64,000 nt of DNA from an uncultured Desulfobacterales bacterium (GTDB taxonomy: Bacteria > Desulfobacterota > Desulfobacteria > Desulfobacterales > C00003060), in NCBI GenBank assembly GCA_964440795.1, contig CAYTTQ010000002.1:21106-85105 (forward strand), written 5' to 3'. The notes under the pieces are model-generated. The model was not told where the DNA came from and did not search any database. It saw nothing but the letters and a program-made list of their open reading frames with translations. Both the position numbers and the translations under genes were made by a program. Below, piece after piece: positions 20,949 through 28,768 of this stretch (position 1 is its first letter; each line of letters begins with the position of its first letter).

Positions 20949-22742
20949 ATGAAGATCTTACTCATTTACCCCTACCCCTTGTTTGACCGGAGCAAATCCC
21001 ACGAGGAAGACATCACCGCCCCCCCCATCGGCCTCTACTCCATTGCCGCCGTACTGAAGGCACACCGGTTCGATGTCGAGGTCCTCAACTGGTCCAATAT
21101 CCACAAAACCCCCCAACACGTGGCCGAGACCTTTCGCACGGAGCGGCCGGACCTGGTGGCCTTCTCGATTCTCAATGCCAACCGGTGGGGCGGTATCGAG
21201 TTGGGACAGATCGCCAAGCAAATCGATCCCCGGGTGACGGTGGTCTTCGGCGGGGTGGGCGCCTCCTTTCTGTGGGAGCATTTGCTGACCCATTTTCCGG
21301 TGGTCGACGTCGTGGTGATCGGAGAAGGGGAATACACCTTTCTCAATCTCGTAAACGCTTTGACAGCCGGGGATCCGGGTTCCCTCGAGCAAATCCCGGG
21401 CATCGCTTTTCGAGAGGGGGGAAAAATTCGAAAGACGGCCCCGGCCCCGTTTATTCAAGACCTGGACGCCCTTCCCATCCCGGCCCGCTATTTCACTTAT
21501 CATCACGTGGTCTCTTCACGAGGCTGCCCCGGTCGGTGTACCTTCTGCGGTAGTCCCACGTTCTGGGCACGACAGGTACGCTTTCGGTCACCGGACAATT
21601 TCGTCGAAGAATTGGAATTGTTGTACCAGAAGGGTATCCGCTTCTTCTGTTTCTCCGATGATACCTTCACCCTCAACAAACAGCGGGCCGTCGCCATTTG
21701 TAAACGGATCCTCGCCCGCGGCTTGGCCATTACCTGGTTTGCCATTTCCAGAGCCGATTGTGTTAACGAGTCCGTCTTGTATTGGATGCGCAAGGCGGGC
21801 TGTATTCAACTCAGCTACGGCGTCGAAAGCGGCTCCTCACAGATGAGGGCGGTTCTGGGTAAGCCCTTGAAGACGGACCACATCAAGACGGCCTTTTCGC
21901 TGACGCACCGGTTCGGCATCCTGGCCCGGGCCTATTTCATCTACGGCGCACCGGGAGAGACATGGGAAACGATTCAAGAAACGGTTGACTTGCTCAAGGA
22001 AATCAAACCGCTTGTGGTCATCTCCTACATCCTGGAGATCTATCCGGGCACTCAACTGTATGCCGACTTTCTGGCTCGCACCAACCAAACGGATGACATT
22101 TGGCTTGAGCGCATCGAAGGCATTTGTCACTTCGAGGTGGATCCGTCCTTGACCCAAGACGATATCCTGGCATTCGGCAGGGCCATCCGGGAAGCCCTGT
22201 ACGCAAACCTGTACGCATTTTCCGACGCCCTGGCGCTGGTGGATGACCCGGCTTTTTACGAGATGCATGCGGATTTTTATTCCCGGTTGGCCATGACTTT
22301 CAGCCACGGGGACTATGCAAAGATCGAGCGGATAACAGGGAGACGGGAGATCGCGGAAAGCCTGTTTAAACGGGCCTTGTCCTACGCACCGACGGAACGC
22401 GCCTTTCTGGGAATGGCCTTGCTCAAACAACGGGACGGGAATGCGCCGGAAGCGGTCCGCCTGCTGGAACAGGGCTTGAGCCATTTTCCGGAAAGCGAGG
22501 GGTTGAATATTTGCATGGGAACCCATTTCATGAACCAGGGAAGATTTAGAGAAGCATTGCGGGTTCTGCATCGATTCGAGCAATCCCCCCAGGCGCTTCA
22601 CCACATGGCCCTTTGCTATCAAGCCCTGGGAGACTCAAAACAGGAAGCCGCCTTCCGGGATAGGGCCCGGTCGTTGGAAAATCGATCGTCAGCGCACCCA
22701 CCGCCTCAAACCTCCGGCAAACTCGGCAAGCGGTGGATTTAG
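20949..22742 (+). CDS. B12-binding-domain radical SAM protein with C-terminal TPR-like repeats
   Basis: MKILLIYPYP... Rossmann-like B12-binding N-terminus, CPGRCTFC (CxxxCxxC) cluster motif, and a helical-repeat C-terminus (...ALCYQALGDSKQEAAF). Start taken at ATG 20949. Confidence 0.8.
   Translation: MKILLIYPYPLFDRSKSHEEDITAPPIGLYSIAAVLKAHRFDVEVLNWSNIHKTPQHVAETFRTERPDLVAFSILNANRWGGIELGQIAKQIDPRVTVVFGGVGASFLWEHLLTHFPVVDVVVIGEGEYTFLNLVNALTAGDPGSLEQIPGIAFREGGKIRKTAPAPFIQDLDALPIPARYFTYHHVVSSRGCPGRCTFCGSPTFWARQVRFRSPDNFVEELELLYQKGIRFFCFSDDTFTLNKQRAVAICKRILARGLAITWFAISRADCVNESVLYWMRKAGCIQLSYGVESGSSQMRAVLGKPLKTDHIKTAFSLTHRFGILARAYFIYGAPGETWETIQETVDLLKEIKPLVVISYILEIYPGTQLYADFLARTNQTDDIWLERIEGICHFEVDPSLTQDDILAFGRAIREALYANLYAFSDALALVDDPAFYEMHADFYSRLAMTFSHGDYAKIERITGRREIAESLFKRALSYAPTERAFLGMALLKQRDGNAPEAVRLLEQGLSHFPESEGLNICMGTHFMNQGRFREALRVLHRFEQSPQALHHMALCYQALGDSKQEAAFRDRARSLENRSSAHPPPQTSGKLGKRWI
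22719..22740 (+). repeat. 22-nt exact repeat, copy A (AAACTCGGCAAGCGGTGGATTT)
   Basis: Identical 22-mer occurs again at 42029-42050 in the same orientation. Copy A forms the last codons of the radical SAM/TPR gene. Confidence 0.9.
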
Positions 22743-22756
22743 GGCCATGGAAAGGC

Positions 22757-22785
22757 TTGACAAAAGCAAAAAGCTATGGTTAATT
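22757..22785 (+). promoter_or_regulatory. Candidate sigma-70 promoter upstream of rpmH
   Basis: TTGACA (22757-22762), 17-nt spacer, TTAATT (22780-22785) preceded by TGG. Lies about 170 nt upstream of the rpmH ATG. Confidence 0.35.
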
Positions 22786-22957
22786 TTCAAGCTTATAGGA
22801 ATTTAGTGCCATGGTGGCCCTACGAACCGCAGGGATGTTCTTTTCCGGCAGCCGGCACACCGAAGGTCGCACACAGACGGCGGCGCCGATGAATGCACCC
22901 GCAGTGAAGCCTTTTTGGGGTTCTTGCGTTTAGAATTAGGTAAGGGGATTCAAGAAG

Positions 22958-23092
22958 ATGAAACGGACATATCAGCCAAGCAGGATTAAGCGGGCCAGAA
23001 CGCATGGTTTTCGTAAGCGGATGTCTACCAAGGAAGGAAGAAGGATTATTCGTCGGCGCCGGGCGAAGGGAAGAAAACGGTTGTCCGTGTAG
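22958..23092 (+). CDS. rpmH: 50S ribosomal protein L34
   Basis: Hand translation: [44 protein letters not shown]. 44 aa, below the ORF-track cutoff. Confidence 0.95.
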   Translation: MKRTYQPSRIKRARTHGFRKRMSTKEGRRIIRRRRAKGRKRLSV

Positions 23093-23107
23093 AAAGGCAT
23101 GTAAGAC

Positions 23108-23464
23108 TTGAGCCGCTTTTCCTTTTCGAAGGAGGACAGACTTCTTAACCGGTCTCATTTTCTCGGATTGGCCAAGGACGGTAGGCGGGTTCACGCCAAG
23201 CACTTTTTGATCACCTATTGTGGGAACCACACCGACAGATCCCGGTTGGGCGTCACGGTAAGCAAGAAGGTCGGAAAAGCGGTCAAAAGAAATCGTATCA
23301 AACGTCTGGTCCGTGAGTACTTCCGCTTACACAGGGACGAACTGCCCGGCACCGTGGACCTGAACGTTATCGCCAAAAAAGGGGCGGCGGAATTGCCGTC
23401 GCGGCAAGTGAATCAATCGCTGGAAGGTTTGTTTCGTAAGCTCTCACTGGATTTTTCGGAATGA
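23108..23464 (+). CDS. rnpA: Ribonuclease P protein component
   Basis: 118 aa, basic, with ...[23 protein letters not shown]...; directly follows rpmH. Confidence 0.9.
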   Translation: MSRFSFSKEDRLLNRSHFLGLAKDGRRVHAKHFLITYCGNHTDRSRLGVTVSKKVGKAVKRNRIKRLVREYFRLHRDELPGTVDLNVIAKKGAAELPSRQVNQSLEGLFRKLSLDFSE

Positions 23465-23670
23465 AGACGTTGTTGTTGATATTTATCAGAACCTATCAAT
23501 ATATCTTTTCTCCAATCTTCACCCCGACCTGTCGCTTTTATCCCACATGTTCCCAGTACGCCGGGGAGGCCATCACCCGTCACGGCGCACTGAAGGGCAC
23601 TTACATGGCGGCCAGGAGACTTTTGCGATGTCATCCTTTCTGTCCCGGCGGTTTTGATCCGGTTCCGTAG
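23461..23670 (+). CDS. yidD: Membrane protein insertion efficiency factor YidD
   Basis: 69 aa: [31 protein letters not shown]. Overlaps the rnpA stop by 4 nt. Confidence 0.9.
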   Translation: MKTLLLIFIRTYQYIFSPIFTPTCRFYPTCSQYAGEAITRHGALKGTYMAARRLLRCHPFCPGGFDPVP

Positions 23671-23944
23671 GGCTCATGCAAAAATGGATTGCCTTGTGGA
23701 CTTTTCCCGGTGATCTGTCCGTTCTGGTCGTCCGTAACGGCCGGGTGTTTAATGTTTCTGAAAGAACGAGACAGACGGATCGGTATGTCCGCCGTGTTTA
23801 AGCGGCCCCGTCACGGTCGCCGGGTCCGGAGCCATTCGGTGCGCGGGCGAGTGCGGCCTGACAAGGCAAAGCGAATTGACCGTCCATGGTGGATCACTGT
23901 GGGTAAATACGACTGAGGTCAGAAATTCAGGGAGAATCGGGTTC

Positions 23945-25612
23945 ATGTCCATGGAACTTAGGATGTTGTTGGCGATTGTATTGTCTTTTGTCGTGTTTTT
24001 TGTGTTTCAGTCCATTTTCGGCACACCGCAGCCAAAGCAAGCCCGGAAGCCGGTAACGCCCCAAGAGACCGACAGCCCGACGTCACCGAAAACGGAAAGC
24101 CGGGTTCAACCCTTGTCGGAATCGCCGGCCCTGAAACAAGAGCCCGCGACGGAGTCCTTGGGCACCGATCGCACCATTACCGTGGATACGGCCCTCTACA
24201 TCGCTGAGCTTTCTGAACAAAGCGGGTGTTTTACCAGTTTCAAGCTGAAGAAATATAAAGAGGTGTTAGGGGCGGATGCCGCGCCCAAGGAACTGGTCAA
24301 TTTGCCCACCCAGGCGGGGTGTACCCCGGTGGTCCACTTGCTCCGACAAGGAGAAGCACCGGTAGGACGCGTCGAGGGATTTCAAAGCCCGTTTTCTGAG
24401 ACCCGTCTGGATGTCTCGGCAACAGGAAAAACATTGACCTTTCGTCGGACGGCCCCTGACGGTGTCGCCATCACGAAAACCTATCGGTTTGACCCGAAGA
24501 GCTATGAGATTGCCCTTCAGGTGGAGGTGGCCAATCACACATCCGCCTACATAGAGGACAAGCTGGCGGTATCACTAAAAAACCTGAGAGATAAGTCGGA
24601 CAATTCCCGGTATGTTTTCGCCGGACCGGCGGCGTTGATCAACGGCGAACTCGAGGAGATCGACGTGGACGACATCAAAGACGAACCGCAACACGCCGGC
24701 ACGATCCATTGGGTAGCCAACGAGGATCCTTATTTTGTCTCCGCGGTGGTACCGGAAAAGACGGGGGAATCGACCTTGCAACTGAGCCTTTCCGACGGCG
24801 ATGTCCTCACCACCAGCTACCTGGATCCCTCCGGTCCATTGCCTCCCCGTACGGCGCGAACATTAAATTACACGCTCTATTTCGGACCGAAAAACGTGGA
24901 TACGCTCAGTCAAGTCGGGCCCGCCCTGGCGCGAATCGTCGACTTCGGTTTTTTCGACATCATCGCCAAGCCGCTGCTTCACGCCATGAAGTTCATTTAC
25001 CGGTACATTCCCAATTATGGAGTGGCCATCATCATCATCACCTTTATCGTCAAGCTGATATTCTGGCCGCTGAGCAATCGCAGTTACAAATCGATGAGCC
25101 AAATGAAGCGGCTGCAGCCCAAGATGGCCGAAATACGGGCCAAGTATAAAGACGACAAGCGGATGATGAATCAGGAACTCATGAACCTGTATAAGATCTA
25201 CAAAGTGAACCCCCTGGGCGGGTGTTTACCCATGGTTTTGCAAATACCGGTCTTCTTCGCCTTTTACAAAATGCTCTACCAGGCCATCGAACTTAGACAC
25301 GCCCCCTTCTTTTGGTGGATCAATGACCTGTCGGCGCCGGACCGGTTGTTGCGCTTCGACGTGCACATCCCCCTGATGGCGCCGCCTTACGGAATACCGG
25401 TACTGACCGTCATCATGGGGGCGTCCATGTTTCTGCAACAAAAGATGTCCCCGCCCCCGGGAGACCCCACGCAGGCCAAGATGATGATGTTTATGCCCAT
25501 TTTCTTCACCTTTATCTTCATTAATTTCCCCTCGGGTCTCGTTTTGTATTGGCTGGTAAACAATGTTCTCTCAATGGCTCAGCAATACTACATTACGAAA
25601 AAAACCGCGTAG
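23945..25612 (+). CDS. yidC: Membrane protein insertase YidC
   Basis: N-terminal TM segment, large periplasmic domain, and a conserved C-terminal 60-kDa insertase core (...GGCLPMVLQIPVFFAFY...). Start at ATG 23945 with GGGAGAA upstream. Confidence 0.95.
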   Translation: MSMELRMLLAIVLSFVVFFVFQSIFGTPQPKQARKPVTPQETDSPTSPKTESRVQPLSESPALKQEPATESLGTDRTITVDTALYIAELSEQSGCFTSFKLKKYKEVLGADAAPKELVNLPTQAGCTPVVHLLRQGEAPVGRVEGFQSPFSETRLDVSATGKTLTFRRTAPDGVAITKTYRFDPKSYEIALQVEVANHTSAYIEDKLAVSLKNLRDKSDNSRYVFAGPAALINGELEEIDVDDIKDEPQHAGTIHWVANEDPYFVSAVVPEKTGESTLQLSLSDGDVLTTSYLDPSGPLPPRTARTLNYTLYFGPKNVDTLSQVGPALARIVDFGFFDIIAKPLLHAMKFIYRYIPNYGVAIIIITFIVKLIFWPLSNRSYKSMSQMKRLQPKMAEIRAKYKDDKRMMNQELMNLYKIYKVNPLGGCLPMVLQIPVFFAFYKMLYQAIELRHAPFFWWINDLSAPDRLLRFDVHIPLMAPPYGIPVLTVIMGASMFLQQKMSPPPGDPTQAKMMMFMPIFFTFIFINFPSGLVLYWLVNNVLSMAQQYYITKKTA

Positions 25613-25626
25613 GAACGGAGGCACTC

Positions 25627-26331
25627 ATGGCGCCTGAATATGAATTTGAGGGAAAAACCAAGGAAGAAGCCCTGGCAAACGCTTGCAAAGAACTCGGTCT
25701 GACCGAGGAAGAAATGGAAACCGAAGTGCTGTCCTACGGTTCGAGCGGGATATTCGGCCTGGTAGGCGTAAAAAGGGCCAAGATTCGAGTGGCCGTTCCG
25801 GAATCGGTCGCCCCGGCAACGGCACCGGCAGCCCCCGCGGAACCAGAAACGGAGACCGAGACGGTGCCGGCCTCGACGGACATCGTACAAACCGCCAAAG
25901 AGGCGGTTGACGAAATTGTTTCTCACATAGCAGACGACACCTCGGTTACCGCCACCGCCACGGCCGACGAGATCACCCTGGAAGTACACGGCGGAAACGC
26001 CGCGTTATTGATCGGCAAGCATGGTAAGACACTCGACGCCCTCCAGTACCTGGTTCAACGTATCGTCCAAAAACAAGGCGGCACCAGAATCCGCGTCACC
26101 GTGGATGTAGAAGGGTATCGAAGCAGACGGAAGGACTCCTTAAGCCGACTCGCCTTGCGCTTGAGCGAAAAAGTGAAACAGACCGGTAAGCCGGCCACCA
26201 TTAAGCCGATGAACGCATATGACCGGCGTATCGTCCATTTGGCACTCAAGAAAGAAAACAAAGTCCGCACCCAAAGTAAGGGAACGGGGACTTTCAGAAA
26301 AGTGGTCATCTACCTGCAAAAGAAAAGTTGA
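25627..26331 (+). CDS. jag: Jag/KhpB-type RNA-binding protein (Jag_N, KH, R3H)
   Basis: MAPEYEFEGKTKEEAL N-terminus and a C-terminal R3H-type segment (YDRRIVHLAL). In the conserved position after yidC. Confidence 0.8.
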   Translation: MAPEYEFEGKTKEEALANACKELGLTEEEMETEVLSYGSSGIFGLVGVKRAKIRVAVPESVAPATAPAAPAEPETETETVPASTDIVQTAKEAVDEIVSHIADDTSVTATATADEITLEVHGGNAALLIGKHGKTLDALQYLVQRIVQKQGGTRIRVTVDVEGYRSRRKDSLSRLALRLSEKVKQTGKPATIKPMNAYDRRIVHLALKKENKVRTQSKGTGTFRKVVIYLQKKS

Positions 26332-26390
26332 GCCGCCAAAGACGGTTGGCTCGCCCCTCCAAATGAGATTTTTCGAGGGTTTTTTCCATC

Positions 26391-27779
26391 GTGAATTCCC
26401 CTGTTGACACCATAGCGGCGATTGCCACACCTCTCGGGGCCGGCGGTATCGGGGTCGTCAAGATGTCCGGGCCGGCATGTGAGTCCGCCTTGCGCGGATT
26501 GCTGCCCGCCGAAAGGCAACCCGATACGTTGACGTCCCACCTGCTCTATCACGGATTCATCATCGACCCTCACTCCGGTGCCGCTGTGGATGAAGTGCTT
26601 TACACACTCATGCGCGCACCCCGGTCCTACACCCGGGAAGACGTGGTGGAAATTCAAGCCCACGGCAGTCGATGCGGTTTAAACAAAATCTTGGAACTGC
26701 TGTGTGCCCGCAGCGACGTTCGGCTGGCCGACCCCGGGGAATTCACCAAACGGGCATTCTTGAAAGGCCGGATTGACCTGACCCAGGCGGAAGCGGTAGC
26801 GGAACTGATCTCCGCCCAGACCCCGCCGGGTCACGAGCTGGCCGCCCGGCAGTTGCAGGGAGAGCTGCGCCGTCAAGTGGAAGCCGTGTACCGTCAGGCG
26901 GAACAACTTCTGGTAAATATCGAGGTGGGGGTCGATTTCCCGGAGGACGTGGAAGATATCTACCGGCCGGAAATTGTGTCGGACCAGTTGGCATCGGCGG
27001 TAATTGAGCCGATGGAACGCTTGCTGGCGTCCTACGAGGAAGGCCACGTCTATCGGGACGGCGTGTCCACCGTTATCATCGGCAAGCCCAATGTGGGCAA
27101 ATCGAGCCTGATGAACTGTCTCCTGCAAAAGGAACGGGCCATCGTGACCACGTTTCCCGGAACGACGCGGGACTTTATCGAAGAAACGGTGAATATGGGC
27201 GGGGTACCCTTTCGATTGATCGACACCGCGGGGCTGCGGCGAACCGACGATGATTTGGAGGCGGTTGGAATCCGGCTTACCCGGCGTGAGTTGCAGGCGG
27301 CGGACGTGGTATTATTCGTGATCGACGGCAGCCAACCCCTAACGGCGGAAGACCGAGACATCTACGCCGACATTCGGGATCGAGAGGTTATCCTGGTCAT
27401 CAACAAGAGTGATCTTCCCGGCCACACTCCGACCGAAGAACTCACGAATCGGTTCCCCGCCCGGGCAGCGGTATCCACGTCCGCTTTATTGTGCAAAGGC
27501 ATGGAACGCTTGAAACATGATGTCTGGTCCGTAGTGACAGGTCGGTCCGGACCGGCGGAATTACCCGGCGTGGTGCCGAATCTCAGGCAAAAACAGCTGC
27601 TTCAGCGGGCCCTCACGGCCGCCGGACTCTCTCAGGACGCCCTGAAAGCCGACGCCGCCCCCGAACTGGTGGCCGTCGACCTTCGCGAGACCCTCAACTG
27701 TCTCGGGGAAGTCATCGGAACGCAGACCTCGGACCGGATCTTGGATCGGATTTTTGAACAATTCTGCATAGGAAAGTAG
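26391..27779 (+). CDS. mnmE: tRNA modification GTPase MnmE
   Basis: DTIAAIATP N-terminus, GKPNVGKSSL G1 motif, C-terminal ...FCIGK. Confidence 0.95.
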   Translation: MNSPVDTIAAIATPLGAGGIGVVKMSGPACESALRGLLPAERQPDTLTSHLLYHGFIIDPHSGAAVDEVLYTLMRAPRSYTREDVVEIQAHGSRCGLNKILELLCARSDVRLADPGEFTKRAFLKGRIDLTQAEAVAELISAQTPPGHELAARQLQGELRRQVEAVYRQAEQLLVNIEVGVDFPEDVEDIYRPEIVSDQLASAVIEPMERLLASYEEGHVYRDGVSTVIIGKPNVGKSSLMNCLLQKERAIVTTFPGTTRDFIEETVNMGGVPFRLIDTAGLRRTDDDLEAVGIRLTRRELQAADVVLFVIDGSQPLTAEDRDIYADIRDREVILVINKSDLPGHTPTEELTNRFPARAAVSTSALLCKGMERLKHDVWSVVTGRSGPAELPGVVPNLRQKQLLQRALTAAGLSQDALKADAAPELVAVDLRETLNCLGEVIGTQTSDRILDRIFEQFCIGK

Positions 27780-27797
27780 GTTGTGTTGAAAACCACC

Positions 27798-27965
27798 ATG
27801 CAGTGTAAACATTGCCGGGGCACGCTCTACCTTCGGCCGGAGTGACGGTCCGTCACTTTTGTCTGCAAGGATTGCAACCAACGGCACGAATTGAAAGACC
27901 TGGTGAATGAGCTTGACGAAACCTCCCTGGAACGTATCGCCGGACTGCGATGTGATCGCATTTGA
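27798..27965 (+). CDS. Small dual-CXXC zinc-ribbon protein interrupted by an in-frame TGA (candidate selenoprotein, other recoding event, or nonsense pseudogene)
   Basis: MQCKHCRGTLYLRPE-[TGA 27843-27845]-RSVTFVCKDCNQRHELKDLVNELDETSLERIAGLRCDRI-stop (27963-27965). The two CXXC knuckles straddle the TGA, and 39 sense codons stay open after it. Each half is <60 aa, so it is not in the ORF track. Confidence 0.4.
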
Positions 27966-28117
27966 CGAAAGGAAAAGGATTTTCTCAAAAATGTAACCTT
28001 TGTTGGAACAAAAGCGCACTTTTTTTTCCGTTTTGCCGGCTGCCGTCCTTACCCCTTCTCGCCCTAGTGGGCACATAAGCCGCAGATATTAAAGCAAATA
28101 AGCGCCGACCAGGATCT

Positions 28118-28132
28118 TGGCACCCAGGTTGC
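28118..28132 (+). promoter_or_regulatory. Sigma-54 (RpoN) promoter
   Basis: TGGCAC-CCAGG-TTGC matches the -24/-12 consensus TGGCAC-N5-TTGC exactly. Lies 185 nt upstream of the 28318 ATG. Confidence 0.6.
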
Positions 28133-28317
28133 TATACAGAAAGGCGTGGGGGAGGAACATAGGCACACCGGCGCCCCGCAGGGACGAAACACCTGACGTG
28201 AGGCATGGGGCTTTTCACCGGTTTCCGTCTTCGGATAATAGGAACGGAAAATTAACGGCTGCCATCGGGGCCTTGAACGCAAGGCCTGAAGCACCGAGAA
28301 AAGGGGCTTAGGATATT

Positions 28318-28752
28318 ATGAACCAGGTAATCGAACTAACCGACGATACGGCAATCATCCACACCGCCCAACCGAAAGGGTTGGGGACACAGGTGGAACT
28401 CAAGGTCAAGTTACCAGATGGTGTCGTGGCCAACCATCTGGTCATCCCCGGTACCGTAACCCGCTGTGATCTTATTGACAATAACGGAGAGGGCCAATAT
28501 CTCCTGGAGCTGAAGATAAAGGAAATGTCGTCGGTTGATCAGAAGATCTTGGCCGCGTACCGGGAGTTCTTGGAGCGTAAGAAGGTTCTGGCGAAGGTTA
28601 AGGTCGATTTGGGCGAAATTCAGGCGGCGTTCGAGACTTTCGGTAGCAATCTCAGAGAGTTGAGAAAAAACGCCGAGGATTTGAGAGAAAACTTGCGGGG
28701 GACGTTGGAGTTGATGAAAATCAAGGCCGAGGGAAGAACCACCGTCCATTAG
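28318..28752 (+). CDS. Hypothetical protein (N-terminal beta-rich domain, C-terminal coiled coil)
   Basis: 144-aa ORF with an ATG start and GGGGCTTAGG upstream. The C-terminal half is heptad-like (LRELRKNAEDLRENLRGTLELMK). No family recognised with confidence. Confidence 0.55.
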   Translation: MNQVIELTDDTAIIHTAQPKGLGTQVELKVKLPDGVVANHLVIPGTVTRCDLIDNNGEGQYLLELKIKEMSSVDQKILAAYREFLERKKVLAKVKVDLGEIQAAFETFGSNLRELRKNAEDLRENLRGTLELMKIKAEGRTTVH

Positions 28753-28768
28753 GCCCCCGGCCACTCTA

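Noticed and set aside
22747-22806. 19-codon mini-ORF (MERLDKSKKLWLIFKLIGI) 5 nt after the B12-radical SAM/TPR gene, considered as a RiPP precursor.
   Set aside because: It coincides with the AT-rich TTGACA/TTAATT promoter-like region for rpmH, has no Cys/Ser/Thr-rich core, and has no other maturation genes nearby. It is most likely a chance ORF in promoter DNA.
27966-28030. Terminator after the dual-CXXC ORF (TTTGTT-GG-AACAAA followed by a T9 run).
   Set aside because: The stem is A/T-only with a 2-nt loop and is separated from the T-run by 7 nt. It is not convincing as an intrinsic terminator.
28133-28317. c-di-GMP riboswitch in the sigma-54 leader (CGCAGGGACGAAACACC resembles part of GEMM-I). 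Also a hammerhead-like GAAAC...CUGACGUGAGG string.
   Set aside because: The GGCAAA tetraloop-receptor and GGGACGCAAAGCC elements are absent. The hammerhead core CUGAUGA is not matched, and the spacing leaves no room for the stems.
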